DNA of 64,000 nucleotides, taken from the NCBI RefSeq assembly GCF_002571385.2, contig NW_019217908.1:444803-508802 (forward strand), given 5' to 3'. Under the pieces are notes generated by a model. That model was not told the origin of the DNA and ran no database searches. It saw only the letters and a program-made list of their open reading frames with translations. Of this stretch, positions 47,599 to 58,855 are shown piece after piece. Numbering within the stretch: position 1 is the stretch's first letter; the number at the start of each line of letters is the position of its first letter. This DNA is from Stylophora pistillata. Its lineage: Eukaryota. Both the position numbers and the translations under genes were made by a program.

Positions 47599-48864
47599 AG
47601 CCGTGGGTACGCGAAGCGTACAAACGACTATTAGAATAGGGCAAAATATGCAAATGTGTCACTCACTCCTTTCTTCGAGGGAGTTTCGATTTTCATTAAA
47701 ATACTTGTCGTAGTTAGCACATGTGTAACCGAATTAAAGCTCTTTGAAAGTCTTAAGGTGTAACTATGAGTGAAGACGCTTAATTCAATCGCTTTTCCNN
47801 NNNNNNNNNNNNNNNNNNNNNNNNNNNNNNNNNNNNNNNNNNNNNNNNNNNNNNNNNNNNNNNNNNNNNNNNNNNNNNNNNNNNNNNNNNNNNNNNNNNN
47901 NNNNNNNNNNNNNNNNNNNNNNNNNNNNNNNNNNNNNNNNNNNNNNNNNNNNNNNNNNNNNNNNNNNNNNNNNNNNNNNNNNNNNNNNNNNNNNNNNNNN
48001 NNNNNNNNNNNNNNNNNNNNNNNNNNNNNNNNNNNNNNNNNNNNNNNNNNNNNNNNNNNNNNNNNNNNNNNNNNNNNNNNNNNNNNNNNNNNNNNNNNNN
48101 NNNNNNNNNNNNNNNNNNNNNNNNNNNNNNNNNGAATTTTTATAGGGGAAAGCGAAGCGTTGTTTTCGTGACTGGCCAATTGTTTACTTTTCTGATGGTT
48201 TTACCTCTCATCTGTTTGGTGACTACGAAAACATTGCTTTGTGAAAATCATTGTGTGTACACCCCTGAACGTTAAAAATATATGAAGTCGAAGGAACAGT
48301 TTTGGTCTAAGTCCACACTTTCGTCAACAAAATGAAAATGTAATCAGATCGGTTTAAAAGGTGAAGAAATTGAAATTCTATTTGAGAACGATCGTGGCCG
48401 CTTTTCTAAAAACAGAATTCAGTGGCCACTTTGTTAAAACCAAAATATGTGAGGAAACGGGCAAGGAATATTCCGAAATGGTGCAAATGACCATGAAAGT
48501 GATTTCCAAAAGGCGACTGCGTGACACTCGGTAAGTCAGTTGTAAGATGACATATGTTACCATGTATCAGGCGAAATACTCGGAATAGTTTCCAAATTTC
48601 CAGTCTGCATTCTGTACCCAATCTACAGTCTGCAGTGTGCATTTTGTACCTAGTTTGCATTTCGCACCCGGTTTACCGTCTGTATTTTGTACTGACCGAT
48701 AGCTAAAATGTGAACTCAGACCATTCACCCAACATCACCCCAGCAGTTCAAAGTAATACCAAGTAGTTTCAACTGTATCCGGGAGTCACCCTTTGGAATT
48801 TAATTATCCTCAAAACTCATTCAAACGCAATGTATCCACGACTTCTTCAAAATTTCCTTTGATT
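47599..48864. mobile_element. Unclassified ~1.3-kb segment present in the middle duplicate only
   Basis: Absent at the homologous site 55860-55872; contains short CAGTCTGCA/TTTTGTAC repeats at 48600-48700 and a gap. Confidence 0.45.
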
Positions 48865-49195
48865 GGTTCTTTTGATCAACAGATCGTTTCAGAATTAGGA
48901 AAATGCAGCTAAATGTTTTACAAAATAAAAGTTCACCCATAATTTATTCATTTTATTTTACTTTTTTTTTCTTATATGGTAACTAACGTCATTTGGGCTT
49001 TCCTATTTTCAAACTGTATTTTTTTTTATTGTAACGGTACATTAAAATTAAGGTCAAAATCCTCTGAAAGCTTAAGGAGAGGGAGAAATAATTAGAATCA
49101 CGTACACAAGATTGCCTTTTCTTTCGTCTTCCTTTTCACTGCGCATTTGCGCAACCAAAGATGACGTGTGTATTACATTGAGATGCATGCAGTCA

Positions 49196-49507
49196 ATGCA
49201 TTCTACAAGGAAAAGAACTTATGAGTATCTACAGTGTGGCAGTGATAAACCTTTGCTTCGCTGGTTTGCTTCTTGGATTTGTTTCAGGAGTGTTCATGCT
49301 GTTAGTCGATGAAATACAGATTATCAAAGCTATGGAGCTTGGACACTGCGTGAAAGTTTTTATTGAAGAGCTTGCAATCAACGTTTATTTCCAGGTACTG
49401 TTTCTAATAAGTTGAACAAGATACAGTTTGGTGCAGTGTGGACGAAAGCTCGCCCGAATGACTGTTGAACAAACCACCGCATTGTGCATCACCATTTCGT
49501 GGTTAAT
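49196..49507 (+). pseudogene. Truncated pseudogene of the 56783-57811 GPCR
   Basis: Highly similar to 56883-57192; start codon and TM1 deleted; CGA>TGA and TCA>TGA stops; similarity ends within TM4. Confidence 0.9.
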
Positions 49508-50959
49508 AGCAAACTTTTCAACATTGACTTACCAAGATAAAAAACACGTGGAATTTCCTTGCAGCGAGGTAACTTTGCTCCTTCCCGCAATATTTTCAAA
49601 ACATGATGAAGTTGTCAAGTTTAACTGCTGTAACATATCCGGAGACAGCATCGAACAAAGCCAGTAACAGTAGCATAATTGTNNNNNNNNNNNNNNNNNN
49701 NNNNNNNNNNNNNNNNNNNNNNNNNNNNNNCTTTTGGCGGGTGCCGAACGTCATAAATTCCCCTAGGAGGGCGGGGAAGTACAATAAAAACTGTCGATGA
49801 CAGATAAGCTGTCCAAATACAAAGGCCATCGGAAGCTTGGTTTTTGATTGGTGAATCAAATACAAAGGTAATGGGAAACGATCTGCGGTGGGGTGGCTGG
49901 AGCGTGTGTTTTGTTTGTACGTTTTACAGGTCCCAGGGGAGGGCGGGGAAGTAGTTGTCATCTTAAAAACTGACCCCAGAACACCTAGCGAACCCACCTC
50001 GGAGTCGGTTAACGATTCAGCTCGTTGGTTGGTTGCACGGCTTATCGATCCAAGCTTCAATCGATAAGAGTTGAGAGCGACAAAACGGAACTTTCGTGGC
50101 AAATTATTTTTCGTGCATTCGGGACTGAGTATTTTCCTTCGGTTGGCTATCTAGCACGATTATCGAACATGGCAGAGGGGCAGTTTGGGGGGATTTGAAA
50201 CGTTCTAACTTTATGTTTTGGGCCCAACACTAAGACCATATCTTAGGTAGTCGACCGCCATGGTTTCCAACCCTCGCTTCTCTTTAAGAAGAGAAAACCA
50301 GGATTAAAAAAAATAGCTTCAATCAAGATAAATCGGTAAAATAACGACACCAAGAGCAAACAACACACGTATGGTATAAGGTAAGCCATTTTTATCGAAT
50401 ATTTTCACTTTTAACTACCTCCATGGATATCTAGTAGAAATCCCATACAAATCTTTATAAATTGATATGCCACATTGTATTCCTTGTGTGGTTCATATAG
50501 AGAGCTTGGGATACCTGTGCACAAAGTAGCCAAAAATAAATAAGCCACATGTTCTATGAGTGACTGAGATATTTAAAGAGTGGTATAAGTCAGCGAAATA
50601 GACGAGGCCCTCCCTTATATGGCATCATTTTACCGAAATAAACTGACAGAATCACAAAAGAATAAACGAATCTGTATCGAAGGACTTCGCCTTGATTACG
50701 GAGAATGGCTTCTTCAGGCGGCAAAACCTTAGTCATGGCGTCGNTACTAAGAAGAAAACCGAAAAGATTTCCATACAGGACAGTTCAGTGGTGGTTACAT
50801 CCCCATCCCCTCCCCTACCATGTCAAGTTTTCATTTTCTTTTATCCTTCATGTATCGTATCTCCTGTGTCCCGCAGTTTCTATTGCTTCATTCCATCATC
50901 AGTCGTCGCTGAGAAAAAGATGCGGCCAAAGCTGGCATACTATCACATTTTTGGTTTGT

Positions 50960-53029
50960 TTACAGGTGAGATTCCATCCAGCCTATTGTAAAACTCATTC
51001 TTGTTTTTTCTTTCGCGGATTGAAGGGGGTATTTCATCTTGTTTTCAGAATGATCGACGAGGTGAAGCACCCTATGAGATTGAACTTCTTTCGCGTGGCT
51101 CAAAATCGAGGGGCAAGAATTTGATTCCAGGTCATCTTGTTCGCACTGGATACAAGTTTTACTCGTTGAACTTTCACAATCGAACGCACATGCGCACTCA
51201 CTACACAGACCACTGTCTTCCACTGATAACATGCTGGAACACATGATTACCTCGTTACTGTTTGTCACCACACGATTGCAATCAGAGCACACACTAGAGC
51301 ATGAGGAACATGTGACGTCGTAGGCGTGGTCGGGGAACGTTTGCTGTTTAACTGAAATGGAAAGTACTTGGTTTGTTGTGGAAGACACTCCATTGACGAT
51401 ATAAACATGCGGCAAATCTTGGAAAGATAAAATTTTCCAGTTTTCGCGCCTTTGAGTTCCTCTGTCCACAGTCGCCTTGTCGATTCCCTCATTGGGGCTG
51501 GTTATGTCTTCTTCTGTCAGGGCAACAACGTTGATGAAAGCAGGGTAGGGAGGGGATGTTTTGTCGCAGTCCACTAATGGCAGGGGTGTTCCTAAAAACG
51601 GATCACAATGTTGATGTGCTTTTCTCAAGGAATAACGTTCGCGACTTCTTCGAAATTTGCGATTACAGCACATTAAATACAGTGGTCTTCTGATGAGAGG
51701 ATTCCTGAAGCCGTACACAAACGGGTTAATGCAGCTGTTTAGGAAAGCAAACCAATAAGAAGCTAGTCCCAGGCTTCGTGCGAAAGCATCCGGGCTTTTC
51801 ACTTGATGAGCGGTCAAGTACACCATGTACGCGAAGTAAGGTGACCAACAGAGAATAAAAACAATGAGCATCATAAAAACAGTCAGGGCTATTTGACTTT
51901 GAGTGGACAGCGAACTTTCGCTGTTGATGCTAGATAATGACATCCTCGAACGGCGAATGTTGTGTTTCTTTACAACCAGAAAGATGTTGACGTAACAGAA
52001 TCCCATGATACATAGCGGCATAAGGAAGGCAACCACAAGAACCACAAATGAGTAAATGGTTTGACCAATGTTGGCTGGGATTTGAACTCCACACTGAGTT
52101 GACCCTAAGGAATGAAGAAAATTTCGAAACCGTCAGCTGCTTTTCCGTTGGTTTATAAACTTTTACACTAAGCTTGCGTCACTCCATAATCCTGCGAAAT
52201 TTTCGCCCGATAATGAATCAATTAACGATTAATATAGTAATAAAAATTATCACGTTAATAATCAATCATACTTGCGACATTTCGGCAGGCTCATGTTGGC
52301 TGAAAATACCTCTCTAAATTAAATTTCGAGCAGTAAAGGAAGTTAAATTCTGATGTATGTTATTGAAAAGTAATCTGATCCATGAGTGCATGAGCAATTA
52401 TCGAATACATAATCTTGCACTCTTAATTTTACCCCAAACAGCGCTCAAAAACAACCAATACTTATTGCTGATATTTTCAGAAATGATCCATTATGGAAAA
52501 GAAATATTTACTTACCTGGCTTAAATTCAAATGCAATGAAACCTGTCAGCGGTAAAGCTGCGAGTCCAAGTGCTGTTAACCACGTCATAATAACCATGGT
52601 AACTGTCTTCTTTGCCGTTATGACAACCCTCATGGGTTTTACGATGGAAAAGTATTTCTCGATGCTTATTGAGGTAAGCGTAAACAACGACGAAGCCTCA
52701 AAAAGAATGTTTACAAACCCATTCAGTTGGCATATGCTGTCACCAAATATCCAGTTACGTGTATAGCACGTGATGATTGAAAATGGCATACAAAATAATG
52801 CGACACCCAAGTCTGCGCATGCCTGGTTCAAGATGAACATGTTTGTGCGCGTACGTAGTACTCGAGTGCGGCATATTGTGATGATCAGCGTCATGTTGCC
52901 AAATATAGCGAGCAGCATTGTGAGCACCAGGACAGGGGCAAGCACCAAGTATTTCGTACGAGGTTCTCCATCCACTTCAACATTTGAAAGCGAGGAATTC
53001 TGTAGTTGCCTAAAATTTAAGTCCACCAT
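50960..53029 (-). CDS. Class A (rhodopsin-like) GPCR, about 552 aa, intact
   Basis: Exons 53029-52516 and 52104-50960; seven hydrophobic segments; ADL, WIFGDSIC, SIEKY, CWSPY, NPFVYGFRN; long Cys/Ser-rich tail; acceptor at ~53042 implies 5' UTR exons. Confidence 0.92.
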
Positions 53030-55885
53030 GGGTGAGAAGCCTGTAAGTAAAGAGAAAAAATACAAATTTTCAATCAGATTTGAAGAAAAAGTCCCTTAAA
53101 CCGTTGTAAATCTTTTTATGTCCTTCGCATACCCATACGACGTTCTCAACAGGCAAGGGTTGATTGCTAAAGAAATTTGCATGCACTTGAGCCCTACATT
53201 TGAGATATTTATGGCTGCAAATATTTGATATAAAAATTTGAGCGTTGTCAAATATAAATAATAAGGATTTGTAACAGCATATCAAGTACACTTGAAGAAA
53301 AAACTGGCCTCTCCGCTTGCTCTGAGCAGTGAGTGCATCACAAACACTGTTCCACAGACGTTTAATCACTTTCTAGCAAATAATGAACGCACATGCTTAA
53401 ATCGAATACTTACTTTACGAAACAGTTGTAAAAAGCAGTCCAATGTAAAAGTGGAGAATGCCTCTGCAGTTAAAAACTGAGGTCTATTCTTTCAACAGTT
53501 ACGGATACGCAAAAGTCACCTTTGTGCGAATTGGAATAATAGAACTGACTATACTCCCTGCTCTAGGGCAACTGAAAGGTGATCTTAAAAAACAGAAACA
53601 TTTGTAACTCGAAAATGAAAGTGTGACGACACTAAATATGGGATATTTCCCTCAGCACGGCAACCGCTGGAAAAATAGTTATTTGGATCAAAAGTTTGAC
53701 TTTATTTAGAGGCGTTTGAATAAAATTTTCATAGGCAAAGTTGAAAATGTAGGATCAAATCATAGGTGCATCATGTTCTGTGTATTCTGGAAATTTGTAA
53801 CGGCGGGATTATACTTTTGATAACTCGCATTTATCAAACCGAAATTTAAAAATAGAAAACTGTTGTTTTTTTTACCAAACAAGTTTTCAACATGCGAGAA
53901 AGGTAGACTTTAATTTGACTGTATGAAAGTCCCTTGAAAATAAGATGCCATTTTGAAATTGCTTACTTTAGCGGGAAAGAGTAACCCAGAAGAAAACTGA
54001 AACGAGTATCGGCAAGGTCAGAGCTAGAAGTTAACCCAATTAGTTCACTTTCATTGTAAAGCGTCTGTATCGATCAATATCAAAATGCTTCCAATGCGTT
54101 ACAAGTATCGGACCAAATTTGCCGGTCCGAGACTTCCAAGTTTTTTCAGGAAAAGCTGGAATTCAAATTGATGTTTTGACAGAAAGCATTTTTGGTCATG
54201 CAGGAGAAATCTAAGACGCTTCTCTAAACAAGAGAAATGCTGATTCGGTGAACACTGATTCTAAACTTGTGAACTTTCGATACAAGCGGTACATAACGAT
54301 CAAAAGTCTCTAATTTCTAATTTAAAGACTCAACCGAGGTCGAATGACGACCGAGTTTAATAGCCTGTTTATAGAACAGGAAAAAGTATAACCCAGGCAT
54401 GCTCACATTTTGTTACAAACGGCTTTGATTTCAAAACTTTCAAATGGCATTTTACGCATTTTGAAAACACTCAATTTCGAGTCTTAGAAAAAAGTGCCTA
54501 CCTTAGTTTGAAGTTCTAAATACAGTTAAAGTGGACTTGTTCAGACCTCATAGTTTACAGACGTCTTGCCACTATGTTTAGCTGACACCTGAAAATTGAA
54601 AGGCATTTTAAATAAACATAATTAACTTCGCGAATAGTTAACAATTCGGCAGAAAGTCGGATAATCGCCTTAATTCGCTCAGAGACCCCTTTTGTAGCAG
54701 GGTTTAATTAATTTGAGAAACAATGCTTACTGACATATATTCTGACCAGCTTTTGATTGAACTCTGTTTTAAAGAAATCGCTTGTTTGCTTTTCTTGAAT
54801 AATCTAAGCTCCAACAGTGGACAATACTTCTTAAAGTATGAACCAACCTGTCAAATCATCCATTTTGAAAGGTCATGAGCCAATGCTGCATGTAAAGCCA
54901 AAATGCTCTTTTATCTCAGGGGTTTTTCCGTCCAAGAGCAGTAATCCTTGGCCTCTAAAACCGAACTTTATAACGGAAAGTTATTCCAGCTCGATCTTTC
55001 AAGCAGAATTTTGCATAAAACGCGGAAAATGCAGTTGAGTGGTTGGTTCAGTTGAACAATTTTATTGTTTTTACTTAAAATATATGACTGTAAAAGAAGA
55101 AAATCTGCATTTCAATTTCATTCCAAAAATCGAGTTAGGTGATGAAATTGCATTCAACTTAAATTTATCACGAATCTTAGATTAAATTAAAAAAAAAAAA
55201 AACATCAATAACCGTAACATGCATGCTCGAAATGAATTGATTAAATCCTACGGTTTAGTAAATTTGACTTAATTGTCACTATGGATTTTTGAGTCATATC
55301 ATTCACGACAAAATTAAAAACCTCAGTCTAGAGAAAAAGTGAGTGTCTTCGGCTTGTTTTCATAATCAGTAACTCTAGATCTTAAAGCATTGATGCTGAA
55401 AGGCAAAAATATTTGTGTACTTGCGGTTCAGACTCAATTTCTTTAAGAATTAAAGCCGACTTATATATGAAGTCTATAACAACAGCTCGAGGTGATCCAT
55501 AGAAAGATTACGAACAAGCCAAAGGTAGCTGGCTTTTCAGAATGCTGAGGGAAACTTACCTTCAGTGGTTTTGTTACAAATTCTGATGCCACTCTGTGAA
55601 TTTGCTTAAAGTCGGATTCTGACGCCTGTTTTTGAAAATGCGCCGATTGTCACCATTTCCTCATCACAATATTTTCACATGAGTCTTGAGTTGCATGATG
55701 AAGAAATTCTCGTTTCAAGATGGACTGATTAAAGTTTAAGGATTGAACTTCATGCTGTTATTTTTAAGATCAGAAAACACGACAGTCTTAATTTTTTATT
55801 TTTGCTCAAGTTAGTTTGAGTAAACAAATTCCCTATATCGCAGTACTGACATACCTAGATTTCTATTTTGGTTCTTCTGATCAAT

Positions 55886-55919
55886 CATAGTTAATAGAGG
55901 GGACCCTCTATTAACTATG
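55886..55919. mobile_element. 34-bp TIR-only insertion or excision footprint with 7-bp TSD
   Basis: CATAGTTAATAGAGGG-GA-CCCTCTATTAACTATG flanked by GATCAAT (55879-55885, 55920-55926); single GATCAAC at the paralogous site 48874-48880. Confidence 0.85.
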
Positions 55920-56116
55920 GATCAATAGATCGTTTCAGAATTAGGAAAATGCAGCTAAATGTTTTACAAAATAAAAACTCACCCATATTTTATTTATTTT
56001 ACTGTTTTTTTCTCATAGCGGAAACTAACGTCATTTGGGCTTTCATGTTTTCATGCTGATTTTCTTTTGATTGTGACGGTACATTAAAATTAAGGTCAGA
56101 ACCTCTGAAAGCTTAA

Positions 56117-56539
56117 ACACGAAGGCGCGCTATAAAAGGAACCTTAGGTCCCACTGGACCATTTGTCAATCAACCGTCGTGTGATGTAGAACTCTTAGAG
56201 TCAAGTCAGCTTGAGCTACAGCTACTCCAAAGCAGTGAACAGCGAGCGCATTCCTTAAAATTGTTTTATGTCTTCATCACAATACAAGAATTTTTGAGAT
56301 TTGTGTTTCCTTTCTCCATTGGAAACTGTCTTTATTTGTGGCGGTAAATTTGAGATCGAAGTAGGTGGTTCGCACGTTACTTCATGCCACCATGCTGGTG
56401 GAAGTAAACAATAGATATCTCATTAGCTCCTTTTGATCCTCTACCAGCATTTAAATTTGACCCGCACATGTCAACGGTGAGTGACAAATGAGCCTGGGTC
56501 TTACAAGGGAAGACTTCTTTATATAGCGCGTCTTCGTGT
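56117..56539. mobile_element. 423-bp MITE flanked by TTAA
   Basis: TIRs ACACGAAGGCGCGCTATAAAAGGAA / TTCTTTATATAGCGCGTCTTCGTGT; absent at the paralogous site ~49075. Confidence 0.8.
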
Positions 56540-56782
56540 TTAATAAATTCCGGAAAAGGAGGAACAATAAGAATCGCGAAGACAAGATTGCCTTTTTGTT
56601 CGTCTTCCTTTTCACCATGCATTTGCACGACCAAAAGAAAAAAGGTGACGCGTGCATTGCAGTGAAATGCATGCAGTCAATGCAAGGCAAGGAGTGAAAT
56701 CAATTACATATGTAAATTAATTTTTTCCTCGTGAAATTGTTATCATAAATTGAAACCATTTCCAACTGCTCGACAACAGAGA

Positions 56783-57811
56783 ATGAATTTCAGCTCGGTA
56801 AACTCGTTCAGCATTGCTTTATCCGTTATAATTTTCATCTTGTTCACCTTTACTGTATTCTTCGTCGCTTCAATTATATGCTATGCATTCTACAAAGATA
56901 AGAACCTACGAGTATCTACAGCGGTGCCAGTCATAAACCTTTGCTTCGCTGGTTTGTTTCTTGGATTTGTTTCAGGAGTGTTCACGCTGGTAATCGATGT
57001 TATACAGATTATCAAAGTTACTGAGCTTGGACACTGCGTGAAAGTTTTTACTGAAGAGTTTGCAATCAGCGTTTACTTCCAGGCACTGTTTCTAATAAGT
57101 TCAACAAGATACAGTTTGGTGTTGTGTGGAAGAAAGCTCGCCCGAATGACTGTTAAACAAACCACATTATGCAATAGCATTTCGTGGTTAATTTCTGTTG
57201 CTTACGCGAGCCTTGTGACATTTTTCCAGCAAGAACTTAGAGCAGATGTGAACACATATTCTAGAGGGGTTGCCGCAGCACAATTTGCATTCCTCGGCTT
57301 TTTACATTTCGGAACCTTGTGCATCTATGCTAACTTAGTAATTTATTTCCATCAGAAGACGGACATCTTACCACCCGATTTTTACAGCTTAGACTCAAGC
57401 AGGAGACGAATGGCAGAAAGGAATATTCGCGTATCGGCCAAGAACATTCAAATGATAGCTTTAATTGTACTAACACTGTGTTCATGTCATCTGCCATATC
57501 TTGGATGTATTACGACTGCGATGTTTACTGGGCAGCTGTCACACGATGCTAAAGTATGTGCTATCGTTTTGATGCAGTGCGGGATTTTTGTTAACTTCGT
57601 TATCTATGGCTATCTGAACAAGACTTTAAAACGAGTTATTCGACCAATGTTATATCGCTTGGTGGACAAAATCACCCACAAGAGCAGAAGAAGAAAAATC
57701 AACGAGCGACTACCGATGAACAATCTTTCTTACAGCAGGTTTAGTTTAAACATTTCCAGCAATGACACCTACGAGTTAACACGCAGTAGACTTGCATTTT
57801 TCAACCGGTAA
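56783..57811 (+). CDS. Intronless divergent class A GPCR, 342 aa
   Basis: Seven hydrophobic segments; degenerate motifs INLCFAGL, SSTRY, CHLPY, NFVIYG; N-glycosylation site NFS at the N-terminus. Confidence 0.85.
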   Translation: MNFSSVNSFSIALSVIIFILFTFTVFFVASIICYAFYKDKNLRVSTAVPVINLCFAGLFLGFVSGVFTLVIDVIQIIKVTELGHCVKVFTEEFAISVYFQALFLISSTRYSLVLCGRKLARMTVKQTTLCNSISWLISVAYASLVTFFQQELRADVNTYSRGVAAAQFAFLGFLHFGTLCIYANLVIYFHQKTDILPPDFYSLDSSRRRMAERNIRVSAKNIQMIALIVLTLCSCHLPYLGCITTAMFTGQLSHDAKVCAIVLMQCGIFVNFVIYGYLNKTLKRVIRPMLYRLVDKITHKSRRRKINERLPMNNLSYSRFSLNISSNDTYELTRSRLAFFNR

Positions 57812-58855
57812 TATGCTCCCAGTTTCCAGAGGAACTTAACTGTATTGGCTGAGTATAACGCTGTTCCTAAGTTTCGCCTATAATTTAAGTGGGGTGGTCT
57901 TGAGAACCATTAATAATGACACGTTGCACTCGTAGATCTACGTAGGAAATTTTTAAAGAAACAAATACTTATTTTAATATGTTTTATTGAATTTCGTCAA
58001 TAAAGATTTGAACAGAAGCTCAATAATTGCAGTAATTTACAACTGAAAGAATACGAGCAAATTATTCCATATGCCATGAAGACAATAACGAAGTAGCCGC
58101 TGATAGTGGCCGCTCTACGAGACTTAACGCAAATAAACCATGACAGAGTCTCCTACGCTATCAAAACCTGGTTACCAGCCTTCTCGCTTCCTTCACAATC
58201 TCAAAAATTCCACCTGTGAGAAATGTGGTTACAAAACGAACTAGTGGCTACAAATTATTGACGAATAAGTAAATATTAGCTAAAAACGAAACCTAATTCG
58301 TACAAGACATGATTGAGTTGGCTTTTCAAGCCACAAAGCGATAACTTCTTAAAAACCCTACCAAGTATTGTAGAAATAACACCGATTGCATAAGGAAAAA
58401 ATAGTATATATATGTGATAATTTATAATAACACGATTCATCTGAAGTATACTATGATTCAGCACTCTAACTAAATGTCCTACAATCTTACACTAGACCCA
58501 TTACCTACAATTTCCGTCAGACGCCGGAAAACTCTTGCAGTTGGAAAGTTCAACGCGACCATAGGAGTTGAAAGGGTTATTCTATCAACAGTTCCATCGA
58601 CCCTTTCCACAAGTAGGTGTAGATCTCATTCGATTGATAGCTGACCTCAGACACACCGAGAAACTCACTTTAAGTCACGTAACGCAAAAAAGATACCAGA
58701 TCTACATCTGTCACGCTGTCTTGACCTTCAGGGCAGTGCCTCACAGTCCTCATCTGTACTTTTTGGTAAAACTGTCATGTACTGTCTTTACACAACCCTA
58801 AATATGGCTCTAATCTAGGTGTATTGTTATTTTTTTTTTTACACAATTTCTCGAG

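Noticed and set aside
50678-50722. Hammerhead-like CTGAAGA...GCGAAG on the minus strand
   Set aside because: GAAA core broken and no convincing stem I.
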